Of a stretch of DNA of 64,000 nt, positions 1 through 11,886 are shown piece after piece. This DNA comes from the human T2T-CHM13v2.0 reference genome, Homo sapiens. The notes below the pieces were generated by a model. That model did no database searches. It worked only from the letters and a program-made list of their open reading frames with translations, and had not been told where the DNA came from. Each line of letters starts with the position of its first letter. Within the stretch, counting starts at the first letter, position 1. A program made the translations under genes and the position numbers. The DNA is taken from the NCBI RefSeq assembly GCF_009914755.1, contig NC_060933.1, one strand, 5' to 3'.

Positions 1-289
1 TCACCCCAGATCAGTTCTACAAGAGAAGGGTCTTCACATACATGCATGTGGGCACACAGGCCTATGCATACTGACCACATCTACTGACCCCAGCAGCCAC
101 TAGCTACCCTCCAGGCTAGGTGTGGCACATCAGTGGCATTGTTCACCCTTGAATAGTTCTGGGAAAGAAGCTCACACAAGCTCAGGAAGCATGCTTACGG
201 CCCTTTGGGTAGGGAATTCCAGAATCTCAGTACTTGTAGTATGGTCTAGATGGTAAGCTCAAGAAAGGCAGCCATCTAACTCTGAGAAG

Positions 290-911
290 TTAGACAAAGC
301 ACAGTTCAGAACATTGCTCTTACTCCTGACACCAACTATAATTTCAGGGATTCTGAAGACCACCCTCAGTTTTGATTATACTAAAAGGGCTCACAGAACT
401 CACTGAAAGCTGTTATACTCAAGGTTATGGTTTATTACAAGGAAGAAGATTGACTAAAAGTAGCCAAAGGAAGAGATTCATCAGGTAGGTTTCAGGATGC
501 TTCCAAATGTAGAACTTCCAGTTGTCCTCTCCCCATGGAATCATAAACAGCGCTAACTCCTCTCAGTAATAATGTGTGACAATATGCAGAGTACTGCCAA
601 CTGAGGAATTTCCCCAAGTCTTGGTACTCAGACTTTTTCTGGGAGTTCAGTGACATACCTGGCTTCTCACATAATTGAACTTTAGTCTTGAGCCCCTCTA
701 GAGGCCCAGATGACAGTTTTAATTTCCATCTCCTCTGGAGATAGAGCAGATAACATGCGACACAAAGCCCTTTTCATAAAACACACTGTTAGATTGTCCA
801 TTGAGTCTGAAGGTCGCCAGGTAAAAAATGACACTCTTCCTTGAAATAACTTCCCCAGAGACCAGGCCAAAGGGCAAAACTTTCTTTGAGTAAGGTTAAT
901 TGTTTATTACA
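290..911 (-). mobile_element. MER21-type (MER21C-like) ERVL LTR
   Basis: Matches recalled MER21 consensus blocks (gaccaccctcag...ctcacagaactcactgaaagctgttatactca; gttgtcctctcc; gtgtgacaata); ends ...taaggttaattgtttattaca, which is the LTR 5' end on the minus strand. Confidence 0.8.
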
Positions 912-934
912 TAGCTTCACATTTCTGACTTATG

Positions 935-1126
935 GAGGTGCTCAGACTAACCAGAAAAGATACAGGGTGCCCCACTACATTTGAAATTTAGGTAAATAAT
1001 AAATGCTATTTTAGTATAAGTATGTCCCAAATACTGCATGGGACATACTTATACTTTTAAAAACTTGTTTGAAATTGGAACTTAACTAGATGTCTATATC
1101 TTTATTCACTAAGCCTGGCAATCCCA
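935..1126. mobile_element. MER53 palindromic non-autonomous DNA transposon
   Basis: Central palindrome agtataagtatgtccca-aatactgca-tgggacatacttatact (1013-1055); terminus ctggcaatccca resembles MER53 TIR. Confidence 0.85.
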
Positions 1127-1519
1127 ATGGGCAGGGTCAAGGATAGAGGTAGGCCAGAAACTGTGCCTTCTACAGCATGATCCTCTGAGTAGTGAAATCG
1201 TCTGGGACCAAGGGTGGAACTGGGCAGCATATCTATTAATATATATTTCCTGCAAACCTAAAGCAGAGTTGAGGACAGAAAAAGTCAGTCCCAGGGTCTC
1301 TAGCCAGGGATGGCAATTCATAGCAGGAAAAGTTTAACAACACAGCTGTGGCCAAAACTAGCACATTGACAACGAGTGAAGGGCCACAGGACCAGAGTAG
1401 AGCTGGTCACTCCAGACACAGCATGCGGCCAGAAGCCTGTCTCCATGAGTCAGTTTTAGATATCCCAAACTCACCCCTGTCAGCAAACCTCTGTTGGAGT
1501 CTCCCTCCTTGGACTCAGG

Positions 1520-1690
1520 CATACTTAGGTTTACATCTCAGTTTTACTACTGATAAGTTGTTGTCCTAGGAAGATTATTTTCCAGTTTCCTCTTCTATAA
1601 ATTGGGAATACAACATGTTTCAGAAAATTTTTGGAGAAAACCTGAGCTACTTTGTACAAATCTTCTAGCATGTAATAGTTGCTTAAGAAA
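1520..1690 (+). mobile_element. MIR SINE fragment
   Basis: Core cagtttcctcttctataaattgggaata. Confidence 0.6.
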
Positions 1691-2291
1691 ATTTACTTCT
1701 TTTCCTCCATTTTAAATGAACATTTTATTTTGTTATGAAGGTATACAATTTGAAGACACCTGTGAGAGAAACTAACTAATGAAATTGATGAAACGAATTA
1801 ATTTTTTTTTTTGCTAAGGAAGTGAAATATGGATTGTTTATATTTCCTATCCCTGCTCTAAGTCTTTGCAGCCTCTGCAGGCTTAAAAAAGAACACTCAC
1901 AAGCATAGAAAAAACTATATCCATATGGGAAAAAAGTCACCAACATCCCACATGACTAATTTCTTAGAAACCACTCCCCGAAACACCAACCACTTAATAT
2001 TGTTTGTGCTGTGGCCTTTGTTCCCAAGCAAGACATGTATTCTAAAAGTTCACATGTTCTTCATCAAGAGTAATCTTCAAACCCAAAGGGAAAGATCTCG
2101 AAAGCATTTGAGTTAATACATGCCTCTCACTAATGTAACTAAAATATTCCAGTGTTTTCCCTTAATACTCTCAATTTACAACTAGCAGACAGATGCTTCT
2201 TCTCAAAGGCCTTCATAAATCTTCCCATATGAGATGAAAATGAAGGATTTATTCTTGCCCATCTTTTAATTTTACTCAACACTCAATGAGT

Positions 2292-2905
2292 TATTCTTAC
2301 AGCTGGTATTTCAAATGTATTAGTAGAATTTATCACTCAAAGGCTTATGCAAGGACTAAATTATACTAATGAATTGGCTATAAATTTGAAGTCTAACACG
2401 AGGCCAAATATTTTCTGGCTTCATTTCTGTATCTCAGCAAATGGCTTAATTTGCTCCCTACTTATCCATTACTGCTAAATTGTCTTGCTATTATTGTAGT
2501 AAATGGCTGCAAACCCTGTCTTGCCCTAAGGCTCAGGCTGAATGGAGTGGAATGAGGACGTTTACCGTGGACAAGAAAGGTAAAAAACCTGCCATCCACT
2601 CATTTGTGCTGAGCTGGAGGAGGTAGGAAGGGATCATAGTCCAACCCACCCTTTTCAGTGCCTCTCATAGTCACCGGCTATTCTTAACAGCTGGCATTTC
2701 CAATGCATTAATGGAATTTATCATTGAGAAGCTTATGAAAAGGTTAAATTACACTAATGAACTGACTTTGCATTTAAAGTTGAACATGAAGCCAAATATG
2801 TTCTGGCTTAGGATTTTTTTCTTTTTTGTATCTCAGCAAACTACTTAATTTTCTTCCTACTCATCCATTATCACTAAATTGTCTTGCTATTATAGCAATG
2901 CCTGC
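2292..2905 (+). repeat. Old local direct duplication, ~215 bp (2292-2510 and 2679-2905)
   Basis: Colinear alignment by eye, ~80% identical over the first ~130 bp, shared end taaattgtcttgctattat. Confidence 0.9.
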
Positions 2906-4873
2906 TAGCAGTGTTATAGTTAAGAGTCTGTGCATGTTTTCATTATAAGTGCCTATTTTCTGAGATTCAAACTAAGTGGGGAACTATGGAAATCTCACAG
3001 GGCTCTCAAACTTTGCTAGAATTAGTCCAGTCTTAGACCTTTCCTTTTGTGCACATTAAAAATCAGGCCTTTCAGAAGAAGAAGTCAGGTATTTTCCAAA
3101 ACTCTCTAGTTTGTGTCCACTTTCTCTTGTGTGCTAGCTTTAATTTTAGATGAAAACTTTGTTGATGTTTATTTTAGCTTCTTCCTGTTTTCTTTCCCAT
3201 GCTCATTGCTCTTTCGTATTTCAGTGAAGCTTCTTGTACTTCATACTTGATTGTGAAGAGTATATTCTCTAACAACCAATCAAGGAACAAGACTAAAAAA
3301 AAAGGTAGAGGACTTTTTAAAAGTTTTCATCTGTGAAATAAAAATGAGAAAGTAAAATAATCAACCTCAATCCCTTAAGTTATATAACATGCAGAGTGAA
3401 AAGATTAAAAATCTTGGACTTCAGAATTAAGTTTGGGAGGGAGGGACAACCAGAAAACAAAAACCAAAGAAAACCCAAACAAAAAACCCCTTCGCCTTTG
3501 CTCAGACTTCTAGAATCTGCAAGACTCTGAATCTCTATTCTAGTATCACCTTCCATGCTATAGTAGGTCTTGGAGAGGCCTCAGTGCTGCTAGAGGGTCT
3601 CATCCCCAAATTCTGTCTTTTCTTTAGACCTAAGAGGTCACTCTTCTTCTTCCCTTTCTTTGCAAATAGAGTTCAGCCAGAGATCTTCCCAAAATGGCCT
3701 AAAACCCAAGTCTTCACCTCCCACAGAACAATTTCCCCCAAGCCAAAGACTTAGAGGTGGAGGCTGCATCATCACAAATTCCTTTCACTGGGAAACTGAC
3801 GCTTGGGCTCAACTTCTCATCCCATGACTCAACTCTGGTAGAACTTATATTTTAGCAGGAATAATTTGACAGTATTTCTCCACCCTTTTTAGTTACACAC
3901 ACTCTTGAACTTTCAACTGCATTCCACAGGAGACTTCTAGACTCATCTCCCTCTATCAATTGCTCCCTGATTCAATGATCTGCCCATTCATCTCTTCACA
4001 AAAATCTCAGATATTAGCCATCTTCTTTTCTTGTAATTCATCCTCTGTGTTAAAAATTGTTAAGGAGGAATGAGAAAACCAATTATCCTATGCCATAGAG
4101 AGGCTCTCTCATGTAATGCCATGGGTCAAGTTATACTGAGTGGGGAAGCAAGGTCTTCTCCATGTCATCTGGACCATTCTGTAGTTTCATGTGATACTCT
4201 TAGCTTCTACTGATATCTTTCTGAACATACTCCAAGACTACTAGCAAGAAGACACTTATGAATTTATCCAACAATTCATTTTCTTTTTGATAACCTTGAC
4301 TTTCTGAATAAACTCCCAATTCCAATTACCCCAGAGTACCCCACAGGCCCAGCACAGAATTTGTTGCAACTTTTGAATGTTCAGAATCAGGTTCTGCTTC
4401 AGTTTCAACTTTAGGGAACAGACCTTCCCAGACATTCATAGCAGTCTCACATTGCATATGAGGACAATGGAATGTCCTATCCATGCATTCTGCTTTGCAT
4501 TCAGATCTTTGCTATGCCTTCTTTTTATATATGAAGGAAAATAACTTTTCCACCTATTAGGTTAAACTGAACAGGTGGCATTGTGTGCCACTCTCAGGTT
4601 CAAAATGATTTCTCATTTGCATGTGCCAAGAATGAAAGCAGAGAACAACCATGTTTGTGGACTCTTCCGTCATGGGGAGAAATCTCACAGCTTCATGATT
4701 TCTCATAGGTGCTGGCTGAGTAGAGCTATTCAGAGTGAGACAACGCTAAAGAAGCCCTGATTACTTTTAAAAATTCTTAGTGCATTTTAAAATTGTAATT
4801 TTTTGTTAAGATTTCCTTACAGGGAAGACCCTGTTCTTTCGGCCTATGTCATCCTCATCATTTGACTCCTTAC

Positions 4874-4912
4874 CTTTTCGGGGAACAGAATAATGCCATC
4901 TCTGATTAAGAT
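4874..4912 (-). other. Candidate 39-nt internal exon
   Basis: Minus strand ctttctccaattgccacacag|ATCTTAATC...CCGAAAAG|gtaagg; splice consensus only. Confidence 0.25.
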
Positions 4913-5478
4913 CTGTGTGGCAATTGGAGAAAGTTCCAAAGATATATGAAACAAGGAAAAGCCAAAGGATCAGAGGTGATAAGTTGTAATCAGTGAGTTC
5001 TGCTTTAAAGTCTAGGGAATTTTTGTTTTTGCCAAGGCAAGTTTACTTTGCATTTTGAAGATATATTGGATGGAAAGGCCACCAATCATCCATCCTCTTA
5101 GACATTTATACATATGAAAATAGTATTTTTTACATTTACATTCAGGTAGAAAACAGCATGCCCTAATTCTAATAGCAAGTGATGCTAAGGAAAACAAGGT
5201 ACTGCACCATGCCAAAGTGAAAGACATTAGCCATAGCAGCAAAAAGTAAAACATACACGTAACGTGCAAGTGATTGCAAAGGGAGGCTAATGTTCAAACT
5301 TTGTTGTTCGGTTTTCCATTTCATTTCTTTTTTAGTGGGCCTAAATTCATTTTCTAAGAAATTATGGCCATGTTGCATATGCATTGATGGTGGCACATTC
5401 TGGACCATATGTCAGCAAAAGCCAACCCATCCTTCTGCAGTTGTTCTCCAGTCAAATTTGTTAATTGTCCAAGAAGGA

Positions 5479-5480
<2 letters not shown>

Positions 5481-5529
<49 letters not shown>
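5481..5529 (+). repeat. (AC)n microsatellite
   Basis: Uninterrupted AC run of ~24 units. Confidence 0.98.
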
Positions 5530-5533
<4 letters not shown>

Positions 5534-5869
5534 TAAATAGTTGCCAGTATGACTGAGCAACTGAAAGATTTCGCATGACTGGCTAACAGTTTAAGATGCT
5601 ACAGTCAGATATATTAGAAGATCTGAGAGACATTCTTTCAGGGATACCCATCTCCAGCTATCCTATGCAAGACCCTACATTTCCTGGCTCCATATTGTTG
5701 CTCCCACTGTTCCTTCTTTTTAAATTTCTCTTCTCTCCTTCCTTTGTACTAATCCTTCAGAACCTAGGCCAAATACCACTTCTTAAACTTTTATCTTCTC
5801 CCAGTTCTGAAGTATTTACTGCCTCCACTGAACACCATAGCAAACATACCTATAAGGACACACTGGAAA

Positions 5870-6135
5870 GAGTAAAGTGTGTTCATTATGAGCAAAGGCC
5901 TTTAAAATGTAAAGATCTGGACTTAAGTACTAGTTCAGCCTCTGACTGTTATAGCTGTGTGACACCTAGCACGTTTTAAACTTTCTAAGTCTTGGTTTCC
6001 ACTTCTATAAAATGAGTAAAATAAAATCGATCTTGTGGTGTTGTTGATATGATCAAGTGAGATAATGGATGTAAAGCATTTAGCCAAATGTCTGTTCTAT
6101 AGAGAATATGCAATAAATGTTGACTGTTGATATTA
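5870..6135 (+). mobile_element. MIR SINE, near full length
   Basis: tagctgtgtgac...ggtttccacttctataaaatgag...gagataatggatgtaaagcatttagc...caataaatgtt. Confidence 0.8.
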
Positions 6136-6139
6136 CATC

Positions 6140-6315
6140 AGAGCACTTTCCACTTTATTCCTAAATTCTATGCATAGCTCTGTATCCACCACCCTCCCAC
6201 ATCCCCCCACCAAATTCTAAGTTCAACTAAACTGAATCAGGTTTTCTACACCTGTGCCTTTCCCAGAGGTCCTAGGACAGTGCCTTGCACTGAATACATT
6301 TGTTAAATAGAGGAA
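6140..6315 (+). mobile_element. L2 LINE 3' end fragment
   Basis: cctaggacagtgccttgcac...aatacatttgttaaat resembles the L2 tail. Confidence 0.55.
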
Positions 6316-7981
6316 TGGTGGAGATTTTGAGCTATCCACTTGTGTTTGGCTCTTGAAATGCATCATCTTTTCAGATTACCTTGGTGAGGTCAATTGGAAA
6401 TAGGTATCACATTTCAGAATGCAAATGAGGAGACACAAGAAACACAGTGGATAAGTGTTGGGACTGAGGGCATTTCAGATGACGACATGTGTGTCCTAGT
6501 TCATCTATAAGCTCTCAAAAAATAAATAAATAAAAACAATACAGACGCTCAATAAAAAAGTATGTACTGGGTCTGTGACAACCAAACTGCCAGTCAATCT
6601 GGTTGACTCGGTGGAACAACAGTTTTTGAAATGTCAACATTTTGTATGAAACATCTGGTTGTTGACAGAATTAGCCATTATAAGAACTAGTTGTCAGTCA
6701 GCTCTTGGATACCCAGGCACTAAGCTCTATTTTGAGCCTTTGGATTAATTGCCAAAGCTGAATTCATAGGCAAAGATTTCTCATTATTTTAAATTCTGAG
6801 CATGAACAAAAAGTAGGTGTAATTAACAAAAAATAATAAGTGTATACTTAAACTATTTTATTCACAGATCAAATTGGGGGATGGTCATTTTATCATTCTA
6901 ATGATGTAAGATGGTGTTAAAATTCTAGGTTGCTAGTTCCCCAGGCCTCAGAGAATTCTCACCTCGGTAGAAGGTGAAAACTTAATTTTTCTCAGTATTT
7001 AACATTCTTAAGACTTATTAAAAAACATACCATGGCACCGCGACTTTTAATTTCCTCATGACTTATGTAAATATGAGGCCGTCTACAGCTGGGTACATGT
7101 GAGGTTTTCTTCACTCTATCCTTCTTTAAGAGAATTGTTTTTGAAAAATCATCTTTAATTTAGAGAAGCATTGTGCATAAAAGAGGCATGTACACTGCCA
7201 TCTGCCAAAATGTGTCAGAAGGCTCCCTGTGGCGAAGCTCACAGCATCCTGTGGCTTTCAACATCATTACTTGAGGGATTCGGCAAGGTTCCTCCTAAAC
7301 ACTGCTGAGGCTTTGCTGAACATTTGGCAGCAATGAGATTACTTTAAGCGGCTCATTTTGGTTATAGCCTGAAAAGATTTCCTGTTTTTATGACGTAGCC
7401 CCCTTTCTAAGAGGGTGGGGGGTGAGAAGGAGGTGGGGCAGTTGGCCATCGCAGAGGAGGGAAGGAGACCTTGTCTTAGACTCAATTGAGGAGTTCTGGA
7501 AAGTGAGACATCCTGTTCTAAAATACATGACTCAAGGCAAAGCAGCTTTAGGGATTCACCTTGGTTAGAAACTAGACTCAAGAGACAGAACAGAGTAGAA
7601 GTTAGAGCTACTGGTTTGATTTCCTGATTTTTACCATCAACATCTGCTGCAGTGGGAAGATTATAGACTGAGTCCCCACTGGGACCCATGTTGGCACACA
7701 CAGACACATACATTCAAACAGACATGTCATGTACAGCTAGAATAATCTTCCTTAAATATTACTTTTCTAATTCTTTATACAAAATCCTCCTGCAGTGTAA
7801 GTTTTCAAATCGAAACCCTTCAAGTCAGTCTTTCAAGTTTTTTGTCAATTTACCTCCCCCGTCAACACCCTGCTGCTCTTCCCCTCATTTCATTATTCCT
7901 GAACGTGATGCTCAGGACTCGACTAATCTATCTGCACCTACACCCTTTGCTATGCATCTAGTGCCTTACTATCCCATAACT

Positions 7982-8212
7982 CAGTAGTTTCCACATTTTT
8001 AAACCTGCAAATCCTTTCAGAAAATGGAATTGTAGATAGAAATTGATTTCATCAAATGGGTAAAAGCAGAACTATTCTGTTTAAACAGGAATGGGGGGCT
8101 TTCATCTCTGTCTCTTGAGGCCCCCATTGCTCTCCTTGCCATTTTACAGTAATTACCTGAGTTCTCCTGTGTAGGTGTAGGTGCTACCAAACACATTTAA
8201 AAACCAAGGGTC
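7982..8212. mobile_element. Probable hAT-Charlie type DNA transposon fossil
   Basis: cagtagtttcca... and ...tttaaaaaccaaggg resemble CAGTGGTTT-type TIRs; subfamily not identified. Confidence 0.4.
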
Positions 8213-8914
8213 TAATCTCTTTCTTAGTAGCCTCTCCAAACACCAACCAAACTCATTTGCTCTATTAAAGTCCTACGTATCTACTTCCATGGATTCAGAT
8301 TGCCCCTTTATTCTGCTTCCCCTCGGCATTTACTGCTTTGTTTTGTAAAACAGTACACAACAGGTGACTTGATATTATGCTTCTTAAGGACAAAATGGCT
8401 TGACTTTATCCCTCCCATTCATCTCTAACTCCTGTAACATGGGCAGGGGCTGGCATAATAGTCCATTGAATAAATAAGTATAGAAGTTACTCTCTTTCAA
8501 ATTACAAAGGTTTCAATTTACAAATTTTCATGGATGTGAGCAATGCTATGTACCAAAGGCACGACTCTTCTTATCACCATTAGATAGCAATGCCAATTGC
8601 GTTTGGACTATTAAGTCTTGGCTACTGTCTTGATCCTGAAGGAGTGTCTTTTAACAGATGAATGTAAATGCATGTTGAATGGCAATTTTCAATCAGCTGG
8701 AGTTCAAAGCTGAAGCCAAAGAAAAGCTAACAACTCTACCTTTTAAAGAACCATCAACAAGTGGAACCAACCAGCTACCCGACCTTTCTAAGAGTCACCT
8801 AAAAATACGAGGTGCTACAACCCCATCCTTCACCCCAGCTCCCATTCTCCTAACTGCAAATTTAAGGAAAAGGCTGGGGGAAGGGGAAGAGAGAGAAAGT
8901 TATGAGAATCAGTG

Positions 8915-9650
8915 GTGGCAGCAGCTTTGCGAATATTATGTTTTCGTGTTAAGAAGTTTTTTTTTTTATTTTTCTGCTGTCTTAAAGCCAAGTGAAGAGT
9001 CCTCAAAGAGAGTCACTTAAAATGAATGGGGATGCCTGCAAAGACAAGACCCTGCACATCATTCTCCTTATAGACATGGCCTAGGTAGTGGACTTGCTGC
9101 TCTGCCCTTTATTTTGCTGAACTAGGGAAACATGAATTGAGAGATGAGAGGTTGAAGAGAAGGGGAGGTAGTGGAGCAGCCAGCCTTCCTATTATTGGGC
9201 TTGGCAAAGAGGCTGATGTTTCCTCTGAGTTTGGTGAACACTGAAGAAGATATCTGGACCAGGGTCAACTTGCAGGGTGAGAAGTCTGTCTGACAGGCAA
9301 ACAGAATGCCAGAAGCTAGCAGCTGTGGTGTGTACTGACAACAACAGCAGCTCGTTGATGGGTGGAGGGTGGAAGAAGACAAGGAGATGTGTGGAGCCCC
9401 AAAGGGCCCTGCAAAAACTTACACGTGCACCCTAGGTATGTGGATGACTGGGTGCTGAGGCCAACCAGCGTTGGCCAGAGAAGCAACAACAACCCACAGA
9501 AAAAGATCGGCCATGGATAAACATCAAGAGATGGGTGCCCTTTTCCCCCAGTGTCTTTCCTATACTTTAGCATTGTAGGAATCAGGTCCTTGAAAGGGAA
9601 GGGCTGGTACAAATTCAACTCAGGGTATGTCTAATGTTAGAGGTAGCACT
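8915..9650 (+). mobile_element. Possible ancient (Gypsy-like) LTR remnant
   Basis: Purine-rich, LTR-like composition and a gtggcag start; general resemblance only. Confidence 0.2.
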
Positions 9651-10239
9651 AAACTTAAGGGAGGAACTAAGATAAAATCTGAGAAGAGAATTCTCTAATC
9701 TCTTTCTTAGTAGCCTTTCCAAACACCAACCAGTTATAAGCCAGACTTTGATTAAAGGGCCTGGAAAACCACCAAGCTTTCTAAAATGTCATTAAGGGAT
9801 CTTTATTGTCATTTGGGCAGAATATGGTTAAGTAGTGCTTGGAAAAATGAAATTGTTTCACGTTCTTATCCCTAATGAGTTGAGGATGCCCAATAAAAAG
9901 TTAATTATATTAAGTTATAATGAAAAAAGGAAGCCAAACTGTAAACATTGTTGTATAAGAATTTTAAGAGAACCCCAAAGCAACAAAAATCTGTAATTAG
10001 AATTTCTACAGCCCATCTGCCTTGACCAACCTACGATTGGTCACCTGTATAATGTCACTTTGGACTCATGAACAAATGGCCTTTTTGAAACTTGTTGGTA
10101 AAGAGAGGTGCTTATTTCAGTATATGAAGTAAGTTCTTACTGGTTAACATTAATTTTGAACTAGATTTTTAAATTATAAACATATAAATTGACTTACATA
10201 ATTTTAGTAATTTTATAAGCTATATTGCATAGATTTTAT

Positions 10240-10680
10240 AAGTTGTATATTAAAAGTCAAATAGGTCAGATAGCATAATGTAAAAAGTTAAAGCCTCATC
10301 CTGCCACATGTTCACTTTCCACCTGTGACCATTTATTATCAGTCTCTTTTTTATTTTTCCAGAAATGTTCCATGTCTCTAAAGCATGTAGATGTATGAAT
10401 GTATTTGTCTTCTTTATAGCAAAAAATGGCATTTACCAGACACAGTGTTCAACAACTTGCTTTTTTTTTCATTAAAACTGTATCTTAGGCATGCCCTTAT
10501 GTCAGCACACATTAATTCACCTCATTCCTTTTAAGCACTACATAATATTCCACTTTATTTTTGCCTCATGCTTTAACCATTTCTCCATTTATGGACTTCT
10601 AGCTCAAGGTCATGTTTTTAATGTGTTGTCACACAATAAATCAATGACTATTCTGTCACACATATTTGCCTACTTCTAAA
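10240..10680 (-). mobile_element. Old L1M (L1ME-like) 3' fragment
   Basis: caacttgctttttttt...tcattccttttaa...cataatattcca...tttaaccatttctccatttatggac. Confidence 0.7.
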
Positions 10681-11833
10681 ATGAGAGCTCATTTAACTGT
10701 GAATTTACAAACTAATGCTACAATGAATGATATTTCTTCAGAATGCAGAATCTGGAGTATTACATAATATTAAAAACTTGGCAAGTAATAAGAGATTAAA
10801 TTATACTCCATATAGCTGATAATATTACAGAATTTTAAAATGCCGCAATTTAACCCTCAAAGTTGGCAGTCCATATATGAGAAAAGCCAATAGTCTTATT
10901 TAACCACTACACCCCACAGCACCATGCTTGATAACACAGCATACTGATAGAACACACGTGCCTTGTTAAGCAGACATATGATGAGAATGAATAGGGTAAT
11001 ACGTACAATCTCCTTGGGATGGGAGATTGCAGACGCTAGCATAAACAGTGTGACTATTTCCTCTCTGGTTCACCCAGGCTCCACAGATGATAAAGCAAAA
11101 TCGCTACAGCAAAGTTTATCTTCTGTTTGTTTGTCTTCTTCAAAGTAATCTCAACCTTTCTCAGTTTATCTGAGGTCAAAATACCTTTGTTTTAATGAAC
11201 CAGGGTAAAGGGCAGAGAATGTTACCACCGAGGCTGCCTCTGAGCTGTCTTTAATATCTGAGACCATATATATTTTTTCCTTAAGATAAGTGTCTCTGTC
11301 AGCATAAAACTCTTATTCTGGTTTTAAGCCATTCACCGTCCCCGGTTACCGTCACTCCTGCCCACTCACTCTGGCTGCTCACCCGAAACCTGGACCAGCC
11401 CTGCCAGAAATCCAGCCCTCCCTGGAAGATAACTTGTGTCCGAAAAGAGTTTTGATATGAGGGCTGTTTATACTCAGTAGTATCTAAGTGGAGAGACCTC
11501 ATAGGAGAAGCCCCGCTTATTGAGAGGTGTGTCTGTGTGAGCATACGTGTATGTATAAAAAGACATTTCAGTTTTCAATAAACTGTTTACTGTTCAAACA
11601 TTAAATAAATGTAGAACTGTTTTAATCAGCTGAACAAATATTTAATGTACACTCCAGCATAAGAGCTATGTTTAAAAATATCCTCTATGCTGCTAAGACA
11701 CAGGGAATTTATGGAAACCAGTGACCTAAAAGGTAAAATAAACATTCATGGGGGGAAAAAATGAAGCACATAGTTTTAAATTTAAACTGATCTCCCTACT
11801 CTTTTACTAGCATCCATTAGTATTTTATCCCTC

Positions 11834-11848
11834 TGTGTGCATGTGTGT

Positions 11849-11884
<36 letters not shown>
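11834..11884 (+). repeat. (TG)n microsatellite, interrupted
   Basis: Seen directly. Confidence 0.95.

Positions 11885-11886
<2 letters not shown>

Noticed and set aside
5146-5249. Plus-strand terminal exon RKQHALILIASDAKENKV...
   Set aside because: Weak acceptor, no recognisable homology and no partner exons
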